Shown in pieces: positions 28,501 to 43,649 of a DNA stretch of 64,000 nt. This DNA is from Bugula neritina. Lineage: Eukaryota > Animalia > Bryozoa. A program made the position numbers and the translations under genes. Where the stretch lies: NCBI GenBank assembly GCA_964035545.1, contig OZ037767.1, positions 30,768,628 to 30,832,627 on the forward strand, read 5' to 3'. Every line of letters begins with the position of its first letter. The first letter of the stretch is position 1. The notes below the pieces were generated by a model. It was given only the letters and a program-made list of their open reading frames with translations, had not been told where the DNA came from and did no database searches.

Positions 28501-29956
28501 TTTTATGATATATTATTTCCATCACTAACATATAGTACTATCTTCACTATTATTATATAATGTTATATTTTCTGCTATTATATAATGTTATATTCCCTAC
28601 AAATAGTATAGTATAATAATTGTGTTTAAGTAGTAGATTCAGTACTATTTTATAATATATGTGATTTATGCTATTATTTAATTTAGTTCATTTATATATA
28701 CTTTACAGGAGAGAAGGGAGACATAGAAGTAGATATAGTTTCTACAGCAGACTTATCTATTAGTTTGGATCAAGGAGTGACAACTTCTACTCTTCCTAAT
28801 TCCCTCAAACTCTTTCAGTCTGTTGATGTTTATAATTATTGTGACTCAGTCTGTAGATATGAGGGTAACACTTATGTAGGGGTCAATGGTGGTGTAGATA
28901 GAGTAGATGAGAACTATAATGTTACTCAGTCATTTGTTACAGTCAGTGATTATGTGTTTGGTCTTACAGCATATAAAGATCAGCTGTACACTTTAGTGCG
29001 AGGTGGCCTTAATAATTGCAAGGTAGAAGTGTATGACTTTAGTGGGAATCAGGTGACCAGCTGGTCTCACAGTGATTGTGGTGATGTGTATATCAATAAA
29101 CTTGTTATAGTTGATGATCAGGTTGTAGTCCCTGATAGACAAAGTAAAAGACTCACAATCTACTCTCTTACTGGGGAGGTAATTAAACAAGTGCCCTGCT
29201 CTTTACTTAATAACAGTTTGGTAGCTATATGTGCAGCAGACAGACATTGTGTAGTAGTTTCTGATTTGAATTCCTCTCAAGTATTTAAGTTAGACCTGAC
29301 AACAAAGAAAGTCATCTGGACATGTAAGGATGTGACTAGACCACAAGGTGTGACCTGCTATAGAAGTAAATATATTCTTGTGACTAACCTCAGCAGTAAA
29401 ACTACTATCTGGATACTGGATGTGAAGACAGGTTAGTTGGTGTTTATTCTACCATATGGGAAGCTCTTGTACACAAACTATAGTTGGTTTGCATGTATGC
29501 TCTCAGTCTAACCTTTAGATGGAAGCTATTACATGCTATATCATCATATATTATTATTAACAAAGTATATGGTAGCTACTAAATATAGAAAACCTTTATC
29601 ATATATAATGCAGTATAACCCTGTATAGTCATTACCTATAATATTATCATATATAATATAGTTTCTTATTAACAGAGTATACAGTAGCTAGAGAGTATAG
29701 AAATCCTTTGTCTTATATAATGTAGTATAACCAGGTTCTTTATTGGTATATAATATAATATAATTTGATATTTGAGAACATAATATACTAAGCATAGGAT
29801 ATTGCATCATATCCCGTTACAGGCACACAGCTGGCTAAGATAGAAGATCCAACTATTAGAGAGAACAGTAATGTATTTGATCTCCATGTGTATAGAGACA
29901 CTCTGATTGTACCCAGATATAATGAGAAGAAAGTTCTGTTCTACCAGCTCAACTAA
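25586..29956 (+). CDS. TRIM-like RING/B-box/coiled-coil/beta-propeller protein, copy 2
   Basis: Exons 25586-25743, 25865-26021, 26122-26305, 26612-26793, 26879-27049, 27746-27854, 28709-29431, 29823-29956 (TAA). Same exon phases and motifs as copy 1; frame open throughout. Confidence 0.9.
28165..28380. repeat. 22-bp VNTR (CTACTATTATATAATATATTCA) in intron 6, copy 2
   Basis: About 9 units. Confidence 0.9.
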
Positions 29957-31556
29957 ACAGGTATTATATAATATTGTGTTTTATAGTCAAAGGGGATCTC
30001 TTATATTATTTAATATATATTGATAAATATATTTCATGCTTAGACTTTAAACCTGTAAATTACTGAATTTACTCCTTGTTTTCATTTGCTCATATAATAT
30101 TATCCTCTAATGTTTTCACTGCTGTCAATCTTTATCTCAGTAAATGAAGGTTTATAATCTTTGACAATATTATTCTATATGATAGTGTAATGTACTTCCT
30201 GTTATGTTGATACTCACATCTGATTGGTGTATGTTGTAGGTCATGTGGAGATAACCCTTACACTGTGTCAAAATGCTTGCTAGTTCTTGGGTACACCTGA
30301 GAATATCTTAGTAGTTGTCTTCTTACTCTTAGAATGTCTCAGTCAGTACCAACTGTTTATATTAAATATTGTTTAGTAAATTGCAGCAATTTCCTAATAT
30401 TTGTCTTTTACTTATCTCTTTGTTCTTTGATATTGAAAACAATCTTTTACAATAATAATATTTTTTACTGATGGTGAAATGATAATTGCACTTTGTTCTG
30501 GTAGAAACATGTAGGTTTGCATGCAGTGACTGACTTTATTATTTGATATTATATCGTTTGTATTTTGCTAAACAAAAACTTTTAATATTATTCTTTTTTT
30601 TTCATATTTCACTTTATTATTTTTTACTTTCAAAACTACTTTTAGCTATTATTGTGGTGATTATGGTTGCTTGTAACGAATTTTAGTTGCAACATTTAAT
30701 GTTTTATGGAAAGTTTATGATTGAGATTTCTTCAAATGCAATATAACTATAATTATTTTGTTCCTGTTTCCCTCCTTCTTGATGTGCACTAGTTCCACCC
30801 TAAATCTAATTGTAGGCAAAACTATTGAGTTGGTTATAATTATATTGAACAATATGATTCTTCAGCAGTTTAAAAATTGATGTTTTCAATTCAGTTTTAT
30901 CAGTAAGATTTCGAAGCACAAATCACTTGAATGCTGCAACTAATGAGAACTCATGAATTCACTGACAATTCTCATGTAACTCACATATCCATATTCATGT
31001 ATAATCCACATTGTAACAGGTATATGCAGTGTACAGCTGGTGTGCACAATTTATCATAGGTGCATTTTAGTAGATGTACATACTGTAGCAAACGTACAGT
31101 TTGTATCTTACAAATTTTGTGGTTGTGAAAAACTTTAACCACGAGTTTTCCTTTCAACTGGTAATTACAACATTCCTACATATATTTTAATATACAAACA
31201 CAGTTTATAAAGAAGACAGGTCTAAAAGAGTGATAGCTAGACTATCAATAAGTTAGTTGAAATTGGTGATTAGCATGAAATAGTAAATGTGAACTTGTTT
31301 GGTGCACTACTGCTGTAGGAAGTAAATGCTATTGACTTTTACTCAACAAACTCTTTTGATCGATACTTTGTTTTCCCAATGTACTTATATATTCTGCAAA
31401 TAAATTATTTATATTATAGTATATACGCACACGCATCAAACTTATAATCAAAATTAGATATTATTGCTTTGCGCGAGGCAAAAAACAAGAGAGTTGTCCT
31501 GCCTTAGTGAACATAAAATAATTTTCGCGATTTCAAGCTGCGAAAACGGCATTGAT

Positions 31557-31613
31557 ACTTCCGGTGGGGAATCCCCAAATGAAATTCTCAGTTAGAGTTT
31601 GGTGGAAAAGTAG
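31557..31613 (+). promoter_or_regulatory. Putative promoter/first exon of copy 3: ETS-like ACTTCCGG, palindromic kB site GGGGAATCCCC (31566-31576), TCAGTT, donor at 31614
   Basis: Matches the NF-kB consensus GGGRNWYYCC; position conserved across paralogues. Confidence 0.6.
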
Positions 31614-32729
31614 GTAAGTTGAATATTCAATATTGGCAAATACTGAAAGTTGTTAAATATCAATTTATGCTTGTACTTTTGGCCTTAAAATATTGTAATA
31701 TTTTTGAACCCGAATTGAAGGTTTTTTGTGATTAAATATATATCAATAGATGTGAACTCGACATTGGCCTTGGGACTGAGGTTCGCTGCACAATTTCAGC
31801 AACAACTTCAAGTTGAAGTTGTACTACAGTTTTAAGTCTAAGAGTGAGACCAAAGTTCAGTTTCATTTTGATTGTAAAATGATCAGTATTAATAATAAAT
31901 ATAATATGATTATTGCTAATTTGTTGTCTTATTACTAACGTCGTTTGATTTTTACTTTGATAGTGATTGTCTACACGCCTTAGATTCCTATACTGTAGTT
32001 ATACTTATATCTTTCAACAATTCAGCAAATTGACCTAATCTTAAAATTGATAGATGCTATTATTCAAATATACAAGTGATTTTAATTAGACAAGCATTAG
32101 CTTAAGAATTAGCATGAAAGCTAGTTTTGTTCTGAGTTTAATATTGACAATTGTAATGGATAGTATTTGCGCTTCCATATTTTTACAGTTTCTTTCCATA
32201 AAAAGTACCTAATCTTGTGAAATGAAGTGCTCTTCAGTTAATAAAGTTTTTAGCCAGCATGTTGGCAACTCTTTTTTTTAGTCAGATGAATGAGACATGT
32301 ATGAATTTTACAAAGTGTAACTTCTTACTTTCTAACTGACAGTTAAGCATCACAAGCCTAATCTATCTTTGCACATCAAATATTTACAAAAACATATAAT
32401 AAGTAGAAGATTCTATTTCCCTGAAATGATTTGGAACAGCAAATAGTGTCTCATACTTTAATGTCTTAAAAAGTATGGTTTTTGTGCCATTCAGCTAGAG
32501 TTTGAAGAAATAATCTCAATATATCAAATAATTAGTTTATTTAGTCTTTTTTGCATTCTAAATACTAAATTCACTTCACATGAACTAACCATGTATTTTC
32601 GTGATAACTAAGTGAACTAGTTAATCTAATATGTACACATAGTCTTGTAAACACTCTTCAGTTTCTTTTCTATAAAAATTATCTAATGTATATTTATTTT
32701 AGGTATTTTGACACATTTATTGAAACAAG

Positions 32730-35700
32730 ATGGCTGAAGCAGAACCCAGGGAGATAGAATGTGGGTTTTGTTTGTTAAAGGAAGGTCTTGAGAACCCAAA
32801 GTCTCTACCCTGTGGTCACATACATTGTTTACTTTGTCTAACTAGGAATGTTGATGTGAATGATCTGATCAGATGTCCCTGGTGCAGGTAAATTATATTA
32901 TAAACTATGTTATTCTCAGACTACAAGTGTATCTATTTAACTTCATAGTGTGACTCTGATGCATGTTGAGTGTACTTTCTATCATATTCTGCATTATATA
33001 TGCTACAGAGAAGTGTTTGATGTGAGTATAGAGACTCTGCCTTCTGCTGATGTAGAGGACAACTCCACATCATGCACTGTCTGCACTAAGAAGGGGATAA
33101 AGAATATCCCAGTAGTGATATACTGTACTGTGTGCAGTAAACTCTTTTGTGGGAAACATAGAGAGGTACTTTAATGTTGATTATGTTGTTTGAACCATTG
33201 GAACTGTGTAGAAAATGAAACCAGACAAAAACACCTGCCTTCCTGAAAATCAATATATTTTGTAGTCACATGATGACTTAAATGATGATCACCAGCAAAT
33301 GACCATCTCAGAATACAGAATACAAACTAAGAGATTGGAAAGAAGAGTTTGTTCTAAACATACAGACTACCAAATATCTCTGGGATGTAAACTCTGTGCT
33401 CAACTGTTTTGTATGCAGTGTTTATCTCAGGCCAACTCTTGTGTTGGAGGTGAAATTATTATATTGCTCCTGATATAATTTATTCACATTTAGTGTGCAT
33501 GATAATTTGAAAAAAAAATTTGCTATACTCTATAATGACTACAACATTCTTGTCTGTTGGCTTGAATCAGTTACTACCCTGTAAAATCAATTGTAGTTTA
33601 GTAATATCTTTCTAGGTTCACTACATGACATGGCTGGGTTAGATGACCTCATCAAGGAACTGGTGAATGTAGAAGAACTGATTACTACAGAAGACAAAGT
33701 ATCTGCTCTCTTCAAACAACTTTCTAAAACTATATCTGACTTTGATACTGAAACAGGAGAGTTACTAGACATTCTCCATACACAGCGTGATGAACAGGTG
33801 TGATTGATATCACATTTTCTAGAATGTGTTTGTCTCGTGTCACACCATGTAAAGGTTTTAATGGTTTACTCGTATGTTTTAGTTGACTGAGGTGAGACTA
33901 AAGTATGAGAAAGTTGAAGAGGAGTTCTTAGCTAGTAGAAAGAAAACTAAAGATGCACTGGATGCATACATGGAGAGAGAAGTTGGAACTGTTTTGTCTG
34001 AACTGAGTAAAAGTAGAATGAAGATAGAAGCTCAACTCAGACAAAACAATCAGGTGTGTAGAGTTGACATACAAATAACTTGTGCTGAATAATTGAGTCT
34101 AAAGAACACAGTATTGTACAAGTTGCGCAACATTACCCAAGTTGTTAGAGTTTTATTTTATATTTTCAAACAGTCTCTAGGTTTGCTTGTAAAACATTGT
34201 TTGAACTGGTTTTAAAATTATATGATAATTGTATCAAATGATTATATGCTGTACTTGAAAACAATTTTGTTTAGGTGAATAAATGTAGTTTCTTGAATTG
34301 ATAAGATAGTTTGAAAAACGTGAGAAATATTTTTTAAGATTTTGAGAAACCCTTAAGTGAACTAATGTCTCACTAGTGCAGTGGTTCCCAACCTTTTTCC
34401 TACTATTCCCTCCTTTCATAATTATTTACTATTAATTTCCCCCCTTTAAAAGAGCGAAAATATTTTATGACTTACTGAATGAGAATATATGAAACAATGC
34501 AATATATTTTGTTCTATTATATTTGCATATCCTATAATTAGGATAACATTATTATCGTTATGAAACACAGAGCAGTTCAGTTATTAATGTTATGGCTGCA
34601 GCTGATAATATTGTGCCAGCTTGCTTACGTCTGGCTCTGTGTTTGATCAGGCCCATCTTAGGTCACCTTGCAGGTTGAGGCAGTTTCTCTTCTCTTTGAA
34701 TTGATGAGAGTCCTACCTCAGACAGATAGGTGGTGCTGGATGGCACCAAAAATCTGCTTTGTCAGTTATGTGTGGGAAGAGTTTGCTTGTTGAAACTCAC
34801 GATTATTTTAGGTAAAACTGGTGCATGTAAAAATGGCACAGGTAATAATGGCACAAATGGAAAATTAAGTAGAAACGGCACACCGATGTTATATTATTAC
34901 AAACTCAAACCCCAAACTCTCCTCTCTAAGCCCCCAACCCTTGAACATCTACCCTACACTTCAGAACTCCAAGTACAAACCCTAAATCCTCACCTCAAAA
35001 CCTTCTTTCAAACTCCAAACCCCCACCCCAAAATTGAAAACATATGCCATTTTTTCCTACTTTACCATTTGTGCTATTATTACCTGTACCATTTCTACTG
35101 GACGCTAACCCACAATACATCAACTTGAGAAATTTTCCTGTCACCCTTCATTGCTGAATTGTGAACCAACTCAATAAAATCCTCCTGTAACACCTCTGAA
35201 AACTTGTCAACAAACCGTTGCAATGGGTCACATGTCAAGTTGAGAATCTAGCTCTTTCTTTGTCAGAGGTAGTGCAGAGAAATGCCGTTAAAAGTCGATT
35301 AAAATTTCAGAGAAATGCCTAGAAAGATTTTTAGAAAACGATCTGGAACAGTTGGTGTCCGGGGGGAAAAAATGGCAGATAGTAATGGCACAAATGAAAA
35401 ATTAAGTAAAAATGGCACATTTTCAATATTAGCATTGTAGATTTGAGTTGGGGGGTCAGGCATTCAGGATGGCGGGTTTGGGTTTGGCAAATTCTAACAC
35501 CATTGTGCATTTTTACCTGTGCCATTTTTTACCTAAAATCGTAACAGGTTCTTCTTCTGTAAAATTTCATTGAGTGGGGAAAAACACCATGTTTTTAATA
35601 AACGCCACCACTTTAGTGTAACTTTAAAAACATTGATGCTGCTATGAAAAGCAATGATATGAAGATGCACTCTTGCATTTTTAGGTTTAGACTATTCAGT

Positions 35701-38469
35701 GTAGCAAATATATTCACTAGGTATGTAGTATACAGTTTATAGAGATTGACTTGCATGGCTGCTAAAAGTTGACCTGTTGGTTTTTGCATCTTTTTGACCT
35801 TCATTCGAAGTAGCACAGGGAAGAGTTATGGTAGAGTAATTATTAAACACATTCATGTAGAAGTAAACCAAGATTGCAGAATATATGGTTTGGTTAAATA
35901 AATGAACTAAAATGAAGGTTTATAGATATACATATACATGTAACTTGCAAGAGTTCAAAAACCGTCAACAAAGGGCGTAAATTTTTCAAAGTCCAAATTC
36001 CCCCCTAAAATATCCAAATTCTCCCCTAAGGGAGAATCAGCCCAGGTTGGGAACCACTGCACTAGTGACTAAAGTACAAGTATATTTCATAGCTAGATGC
36101 TAAAGGGATGACTTCTGAACTCTTGTTTGTTTTTATATTCCAAAATGCGGTTCTAAAAAAGAAGCTTAAAAAGGTTTATGTTGATATTCATTCTCTTTAT
36201 TAAAAATTCGACGATTGGAGAAGTTTTATTAAGATTTTTTAATCGAATTTAGAAGCTGGTTTGTAAAAGCGCTTTGCATGTTTTTATTAGATAACAGTGA
36301 GTCAGTGACATTTATTGAGTATTTATTAAGTTTTTATTCTGCATCAAACAAGAAGGAATCAGCTTTAATTTCACATTATTGTTGCTAATCTTCCTTTAAT
36401 TATAGTTGATCTCTATTCACAGGTGGATCTAGTTGAAGGATATGCAGAGATTAAGGATAGAATACAGAGACTTGTATCTGTTGAGATACCTGAACTAGAA
36501 CTGTGTGATGTCATGACTCTAGAGGTCAAAGGTTAGTTGGTACAAGCTGACTATTGTATATTCATGTGGTACTGTGTTATTGAATATGTTGTATTTATGT
36601 TTACTATCTACATCATAGTTTAGCTATACTCTCTTATATTAATTACTAGATTTAATTGTATAGGAAAGATAGAACATTACAACTCATGTGTAGAATACAA
36701 TAACCATACACACCAGTTTATCAACATTACTTCTACTTGTCATATAATACAGTGTAGAGATCTTTGTATAAACTCACTATACTTTTATACTCTTTGAAAC
36801 CCCATGTTGATCTATCATTATACTTGCTACTATTATATAATATATTCACTACTATTATATAATGTTATGTTAACTGCTATTATATAATAGATTTTCTACA
36901 AACTCACCCTATTTCTATATTCTTTATCACTCCATGTTGAACTATAATGTTATCTTTCCTATTATATACCATTATCTTCACTACTGTTACATTATATTAT
37001 ATTCTCTACTGTTTTATAATATATTATTTCCATCACTAACATATAGTATTATTTTCACCATTATTATATAATGTTATATTCTCTGCTATTATATAATGTT
37101 ATATTCCCTACAAATAGTATAGTATAATATATTTAAATAGTATATCAAGTACTATTTTATAATATGTTTACTTTATGCTATTATTTGCTTTACTATATTT
37201 ATATATACTTTACAGGAGAGAAGAGAGACATAGAAGTAGATTTAGTTTCTGCAGCAGGCGTATCTACTAGTTTGGATCAAGGAGTGACAACTTCTACTAC
37301 TCCTAATTCTCTCAAACTCTTTCAGTCTGTTGATGTTTCTAATTCTTGTTGGTCGGTCTGTAGCTATGAGGGTAACACTTATGTAGGACTACATAGTGGT
37401 AGAGTAGACAGAGTAGACGAGAACTATAATGTTACTCAGTCATTTGTTACAGTCAGTGGTTCCGTGTTTGGTCTTACAGCATATAAAGATCAGCTGTATA
37501 GTTTAGTGCTTGATGGCAGTAATAATTGCAAGGTAGAAGTGTATGACTTTAGTGGGAATCAGGTGACCAGTTGGACCCATAGTGATATTAGTAGTGGGTA
37601 TAGCAATGCACTTGTTATAGTTGATGATCAGGTCGTAGTCCCCGATAGACCAAGTAGAAGACTCACAATCTACTCTCTTACTGGGGAGGTAATTAAACAT
37701 GTGCCCTGCTCTCTACTTAGTAACAGTAATGTAGCTATATGTGCAGCAGACAGACACTGTGTAGTAGTTACTGATTACTATTCCTCTCAAGTATTTAAGT
37801 TGGACCTGACAACAGAGAAAGTCATCTGGACATGTAAGGATGTGACTAACCCACAAGGTGTGACCTGCTATGGAAGTAAATATATTCTTGTGACTAACTG
37901 CAGCAGTAAAACTACTATCTGGATACTGGATGTGAAGACAGGTTAGTTGGTGTTTCTTCTACCATATGGGAAGCTCTTGTACACACACTATAGTTGGTTT
38001 GCGTGTATGCTCTCAGTCTAACCTTTAGATGAAAGCTATTACATGTTATATCATCATATATTATTACTACCAATGTATATGGTACCTAGAAAGTATAGGA
38101 AACCTTTGCCATATATAATGCAGTATAACCCTGTATAGTCATTACCTATAATATTCTCATATAATATAATATAGTTTCTTATTAACAGAGTATACAGTAG
38201 CTAGAGAGTATAGAAATCCTTTGTCTTATATAATGTAGTATAACCAGGTTCTTTATTGGTATATAATATAAAATAATTTGATATTTGAGAACATAATATA
38301 CTAAGCATAGGATATTGCATCATATCCTGTTGCAGGCACACAGCTGGCTAAGATAGAAGATCCAACTATTAGAGAGAATAGTATTGTATTTGATCTCCAT
38401 GTGTATAGAGACACTCTGATTGTACCCAGATATAATGAGAAGAAAGTTCTGTTCTACCAGCTCAAATGA
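32730..38469 (+). CDS. TRIM-like RING/B-box/coiled-coil/beta-propeller protein, copy 3
   Basis: Exons 32730-32887, 33009-33165, 33266-33449, 33616-33797, 33883-34053, 36423-36531, 37216-37941, 38336-38469 (TGA). Frame open; hAT insertion in coding intron 5. Confidence 0.9.
34800..35101. mobile_element. MITE-like insertion nested in the hAT element (paralogue ~53050-53351)
   Basis: Inverted arms built of AAATGGCACA units: GTAAAAATGGCACAGGTAATAATGGCACAAATGG vs CCATTTGTGCTATTATTACCTGTACCATTTCTAC. It interrupts transposase relics. Boundaries approximate. Confidence 0.55.
35358..35543. mobile_element. Second, oppositely oriented member of the same MITE-like family nested in the hAT element (paralogue ~53608-53793)
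   Basis: AATGGCACAAATGAAAAATTAAGTAAAAATGGCACA ... TGTGCATTTTTACCTGTGCCATTTTTTACC. The G-rich core is complementary in composition to the C-rich core of the first insert. Boundaries approximate. Confidence 0.5.
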
Positions 38470-40070
38470 ACAGGTATTATATAATACTGTATTTTATAGT
38501 CAAAGGGGATCTCTTGTATTATTTAATATAATATATTGATAAATATATTTCATGCTGAGGCTTTAAACCTGTAAATTACTGAATTTACTCCTTGTTTTCA
38601 TTTGCTCATATAATATTATCCTCTAATGTTTTCACTGCTGTCAATCTTTATCTCAGTAAATGAAGGTTTATAATCTTTGACAATATTATTCTATATGATA
38701 GTGTAATGTACTTCCTGTTATGTTGATACTCACATCTGATTGGTGTATGTTGTAGGTCATGTGGAGATAACCCTTACACTGTGTCAAAATGCTTGCTAGT
38801 TCTTGGGTACACCTGAGAATATCTTAGTAGTTGTCTTCTTACTCTTAGAATGTCTCAGTCAGTACCAACTGTTTATATTAAATATTGTTTAGTAAATTGC
38901 AGCAACTCCTAATATTTGTCTTTTACTTATCTCTTTGTTCTTTGATATTGAAAACAATCTTTTACAATAATAATATTGTTTACTGATGGTGAAATGATAA
39001 TTGCACTTTGTTCTGGTAAATACATGTAGGTTTGCATGCAGTGGCTGGGTTTATTATACAATATTATATTGTTTGTATTTTGCTAAACAAAAACTTTTAA
39101 TATTATTCTTTTTTTTCATATTTCACTTTATTATTTTTTACTTTCAAAACTACTTTTAGCTATTATTGTGGTGATTATGGTTGCTTGTAACGAATTTTAG
39201 TTGCAACATTTAATGTTTTATGTAAAGTTTATGATTGAGATTTCTTCAAATGCAATATAACTATAATTATTTTGTTCCTGTTTCCCTCCTTCTTGATGTG
39301 CACTAGTTCCACCCTAAATCTAATTGTAGGCAAAATTATTGAGTTGGTTATATATTGAACAATATGATTCTTCAGCAGTTTAAAAACTGATGTTTTTAAT
39401 TCCTTTTTATTAGTAAGATTTCGAAGCACAAATCACTTGAATGCTGCAACTAATGAGAACTCATGAATTCACTGACAATTCTCATGTAACTCACATATCC
39501 ATATTCATGTATGATTCACATTGTAGCAGGTATATGCAGTGTACAGCAGGTGTGCACAATTTATCAGAAGTTCACTCTAGTAGATGTACATACTGTAGCA
39601 AACATACAGTTTATATCTTATAAATTTTGTGGTTGTAAAAAACTTTAACCACTGGTTTTTCTTTCAACTGTTACAACATTCCTACATATTTTTTAATATA
39701 CAAATACAGCTTATAACGAAGACAAGTCTAAAAGGTTGATAGCTAGACTATCAATAAGTTAGTTGAAATTGGCGATTAGCATCAGTTGTCAATATGAGAT
39801 AGTAAATGTGAACTTGTTTTGTGCACTACTGCTGTAGCAAGTAAATGCTATTGACTTTTACTATTGTGATATTTTCCGAATGTACTTATATATGCGGCAA
39901 AGATATTATTTATATTATAGTATATACACACACGCATCAAACTTATAACCATTCAGACTTTAAAGAATTAAATATTATTGCATTGTGCAAGGCAAAAAGC
40001 AAGAGAGTTGTCCTGCCTTCGTGAGCATAAAACAATTTTCGAGACTTCAAGCTGCGAAAACGGCATTGCT

Positions 40071-40111
40071 ATTTCTGGTGGGGAATACCCAAATGAAATT
40101 CTCAGTTAGTA
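40071..40111 (+). promoter_or_regulatory. Putative promoter of copy 4 (variant GGGGAATACCC at 40080-40090, TCAGTT), separated from its donor (42379) by the foldback element
   Basis: Homology to the same block in the other copies. Confidence 0.5.
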
Positions 40112-42354
<2,243 letters not shown>

Positions 42355-43649
42355 AGTTAGTATTTGGTGGAAAAGTAGGTAAGTTGAATATTGGCAAATA
42401 CTGAAAGTTGTTATATCAATTTATGCTTGTACCTTTGGCCTCAAAATATGGTAATATTTTTGAACCCGCATTGAAGTTTTTTTGTGATTAAATTTATATC
42501 AATAGATGTGAACTCGACATTGGGCTTGGCCTTGGGACTGAGGTTCGCTGCACAATTTCAGCAACAACTTCAAGTTGAAGTTGTACTACAGTTTTAAGTC
42601 TAAGATCAAAGTTCAGTTTCATTTTGATTGTAAAATGATCAGTATAAATAATAAATATAATATGATTATTGCTAATTCGTTGTCCTAATACTAACGTCGT
42701 TTGATTTTTACTTTGATAGTGATTGTCTACAGGCCTCAGATTCCTATACTATAGTTATAATTTTATCTTTCAACAATTCAGTAAATTGACCTAAACTTAA
42801 AATTGATAGATGTTTATTACTCAAATATACAAGTGATTTTAATTTGACAAGCATTAGATTAAGAATTAGCATGAAAGCTAGTTTTGTTCTGAGTTTAATA
42901 TTGACAATTGTAATGGATAGTATTTGCGCTTCCATATTTTTACAGTTTCTTTGCATGAAAAGTACCATATTTTGTGAAAAGAAGTGCTCTTCAGTTAATA
43001 GAGTTTTCAGTCAGCATGTTGGCAAAGAACGTTGCCTGCTGCATTGTGCAACTCTTTTTTTAGTCAGATAAATGATACATGTATGAATTTTACTTAAACA
43101 AAGTATAACTTCTTACTTTCCAACTGATGGTTAAGCATCATCTATCATTATTACTGCATTTCTATCTTTGCACCTTAAATATTTACATAAATATGTAATA
43201 AGTAGAAGATTCTATTTCCCTGAAATGATTTGGAACAGCAGATAGTGTCTCATGTCTTAAAAAGTATGGTTTTTGTGCCATTCAGCTAGAGTTTGAAGCA
43301 CTAAATTCGTTCCTGTTTTGTGATACTATCTACTCTACATCTTTTGGAAATAATTTGGCAAGCTTTATATTAGGTTGATTTTATACCCTAAGTCCACAGG
43401 TACTCAACATAGAAATAATCTCAATATATCTTATAATTAGTTTATTTAGTCTTTTTTGCTTTCTAAATACCCACTTCACATGAACTAACCATGTATTTCC
43501 GTGATAACTAAGTAAACACACCTATAGTTGTGACTACTAGTTAATCTAATATATACACATAGTCTTGTAAACATTCTTCAGTTTCTTTTCTATAAAAATT
43601 ACCTATTGTATATTTATTTTAGGTATTCTGACGCATTTATTGAAACAAG

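Larger units (their letters stand above)
34379..36059 (-). mobile_element. Non-autonomous/decayed hAT DNA transposon (Charlie/Buster type)
   Basis: TIRs CAGTGGTTCCCAAC...GTTGGGAACCACTG; 8-bp TSD CACTAGTG (34371-34378, 36060-36067). Empty site in copies 2 and 6. Minus-strand transposase relics: YLVNIFATLNSLNLKMQ (~35670-35725), LQEDFIELVHNSAMK..LWVSV (~35100-35195), LVPSSTTYLSEVGLSS and RNCLNLQGDLRWA*SNTEPDVSKL (~34590-34755, hAT dimerisation-like), with stops and frameshifts. Confidence 0.92.

Noticed and set aside
34730-35128. 132-aa ORF repeated at 52980-53378
   Set aside because: It runs antisense to the transposase relics and through a nested MITE; it is repeated only because the element was duplicated with the gene.
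42744-43071. Overlapping 74-75-aa ORFs repeated at 59149-59476 (likewise 39441/58096)
   Set aside because: They lie in duplicated 5'-UTR intron or intergenic DNA, are disrupted in other paralogous copies and show no protein motifs.
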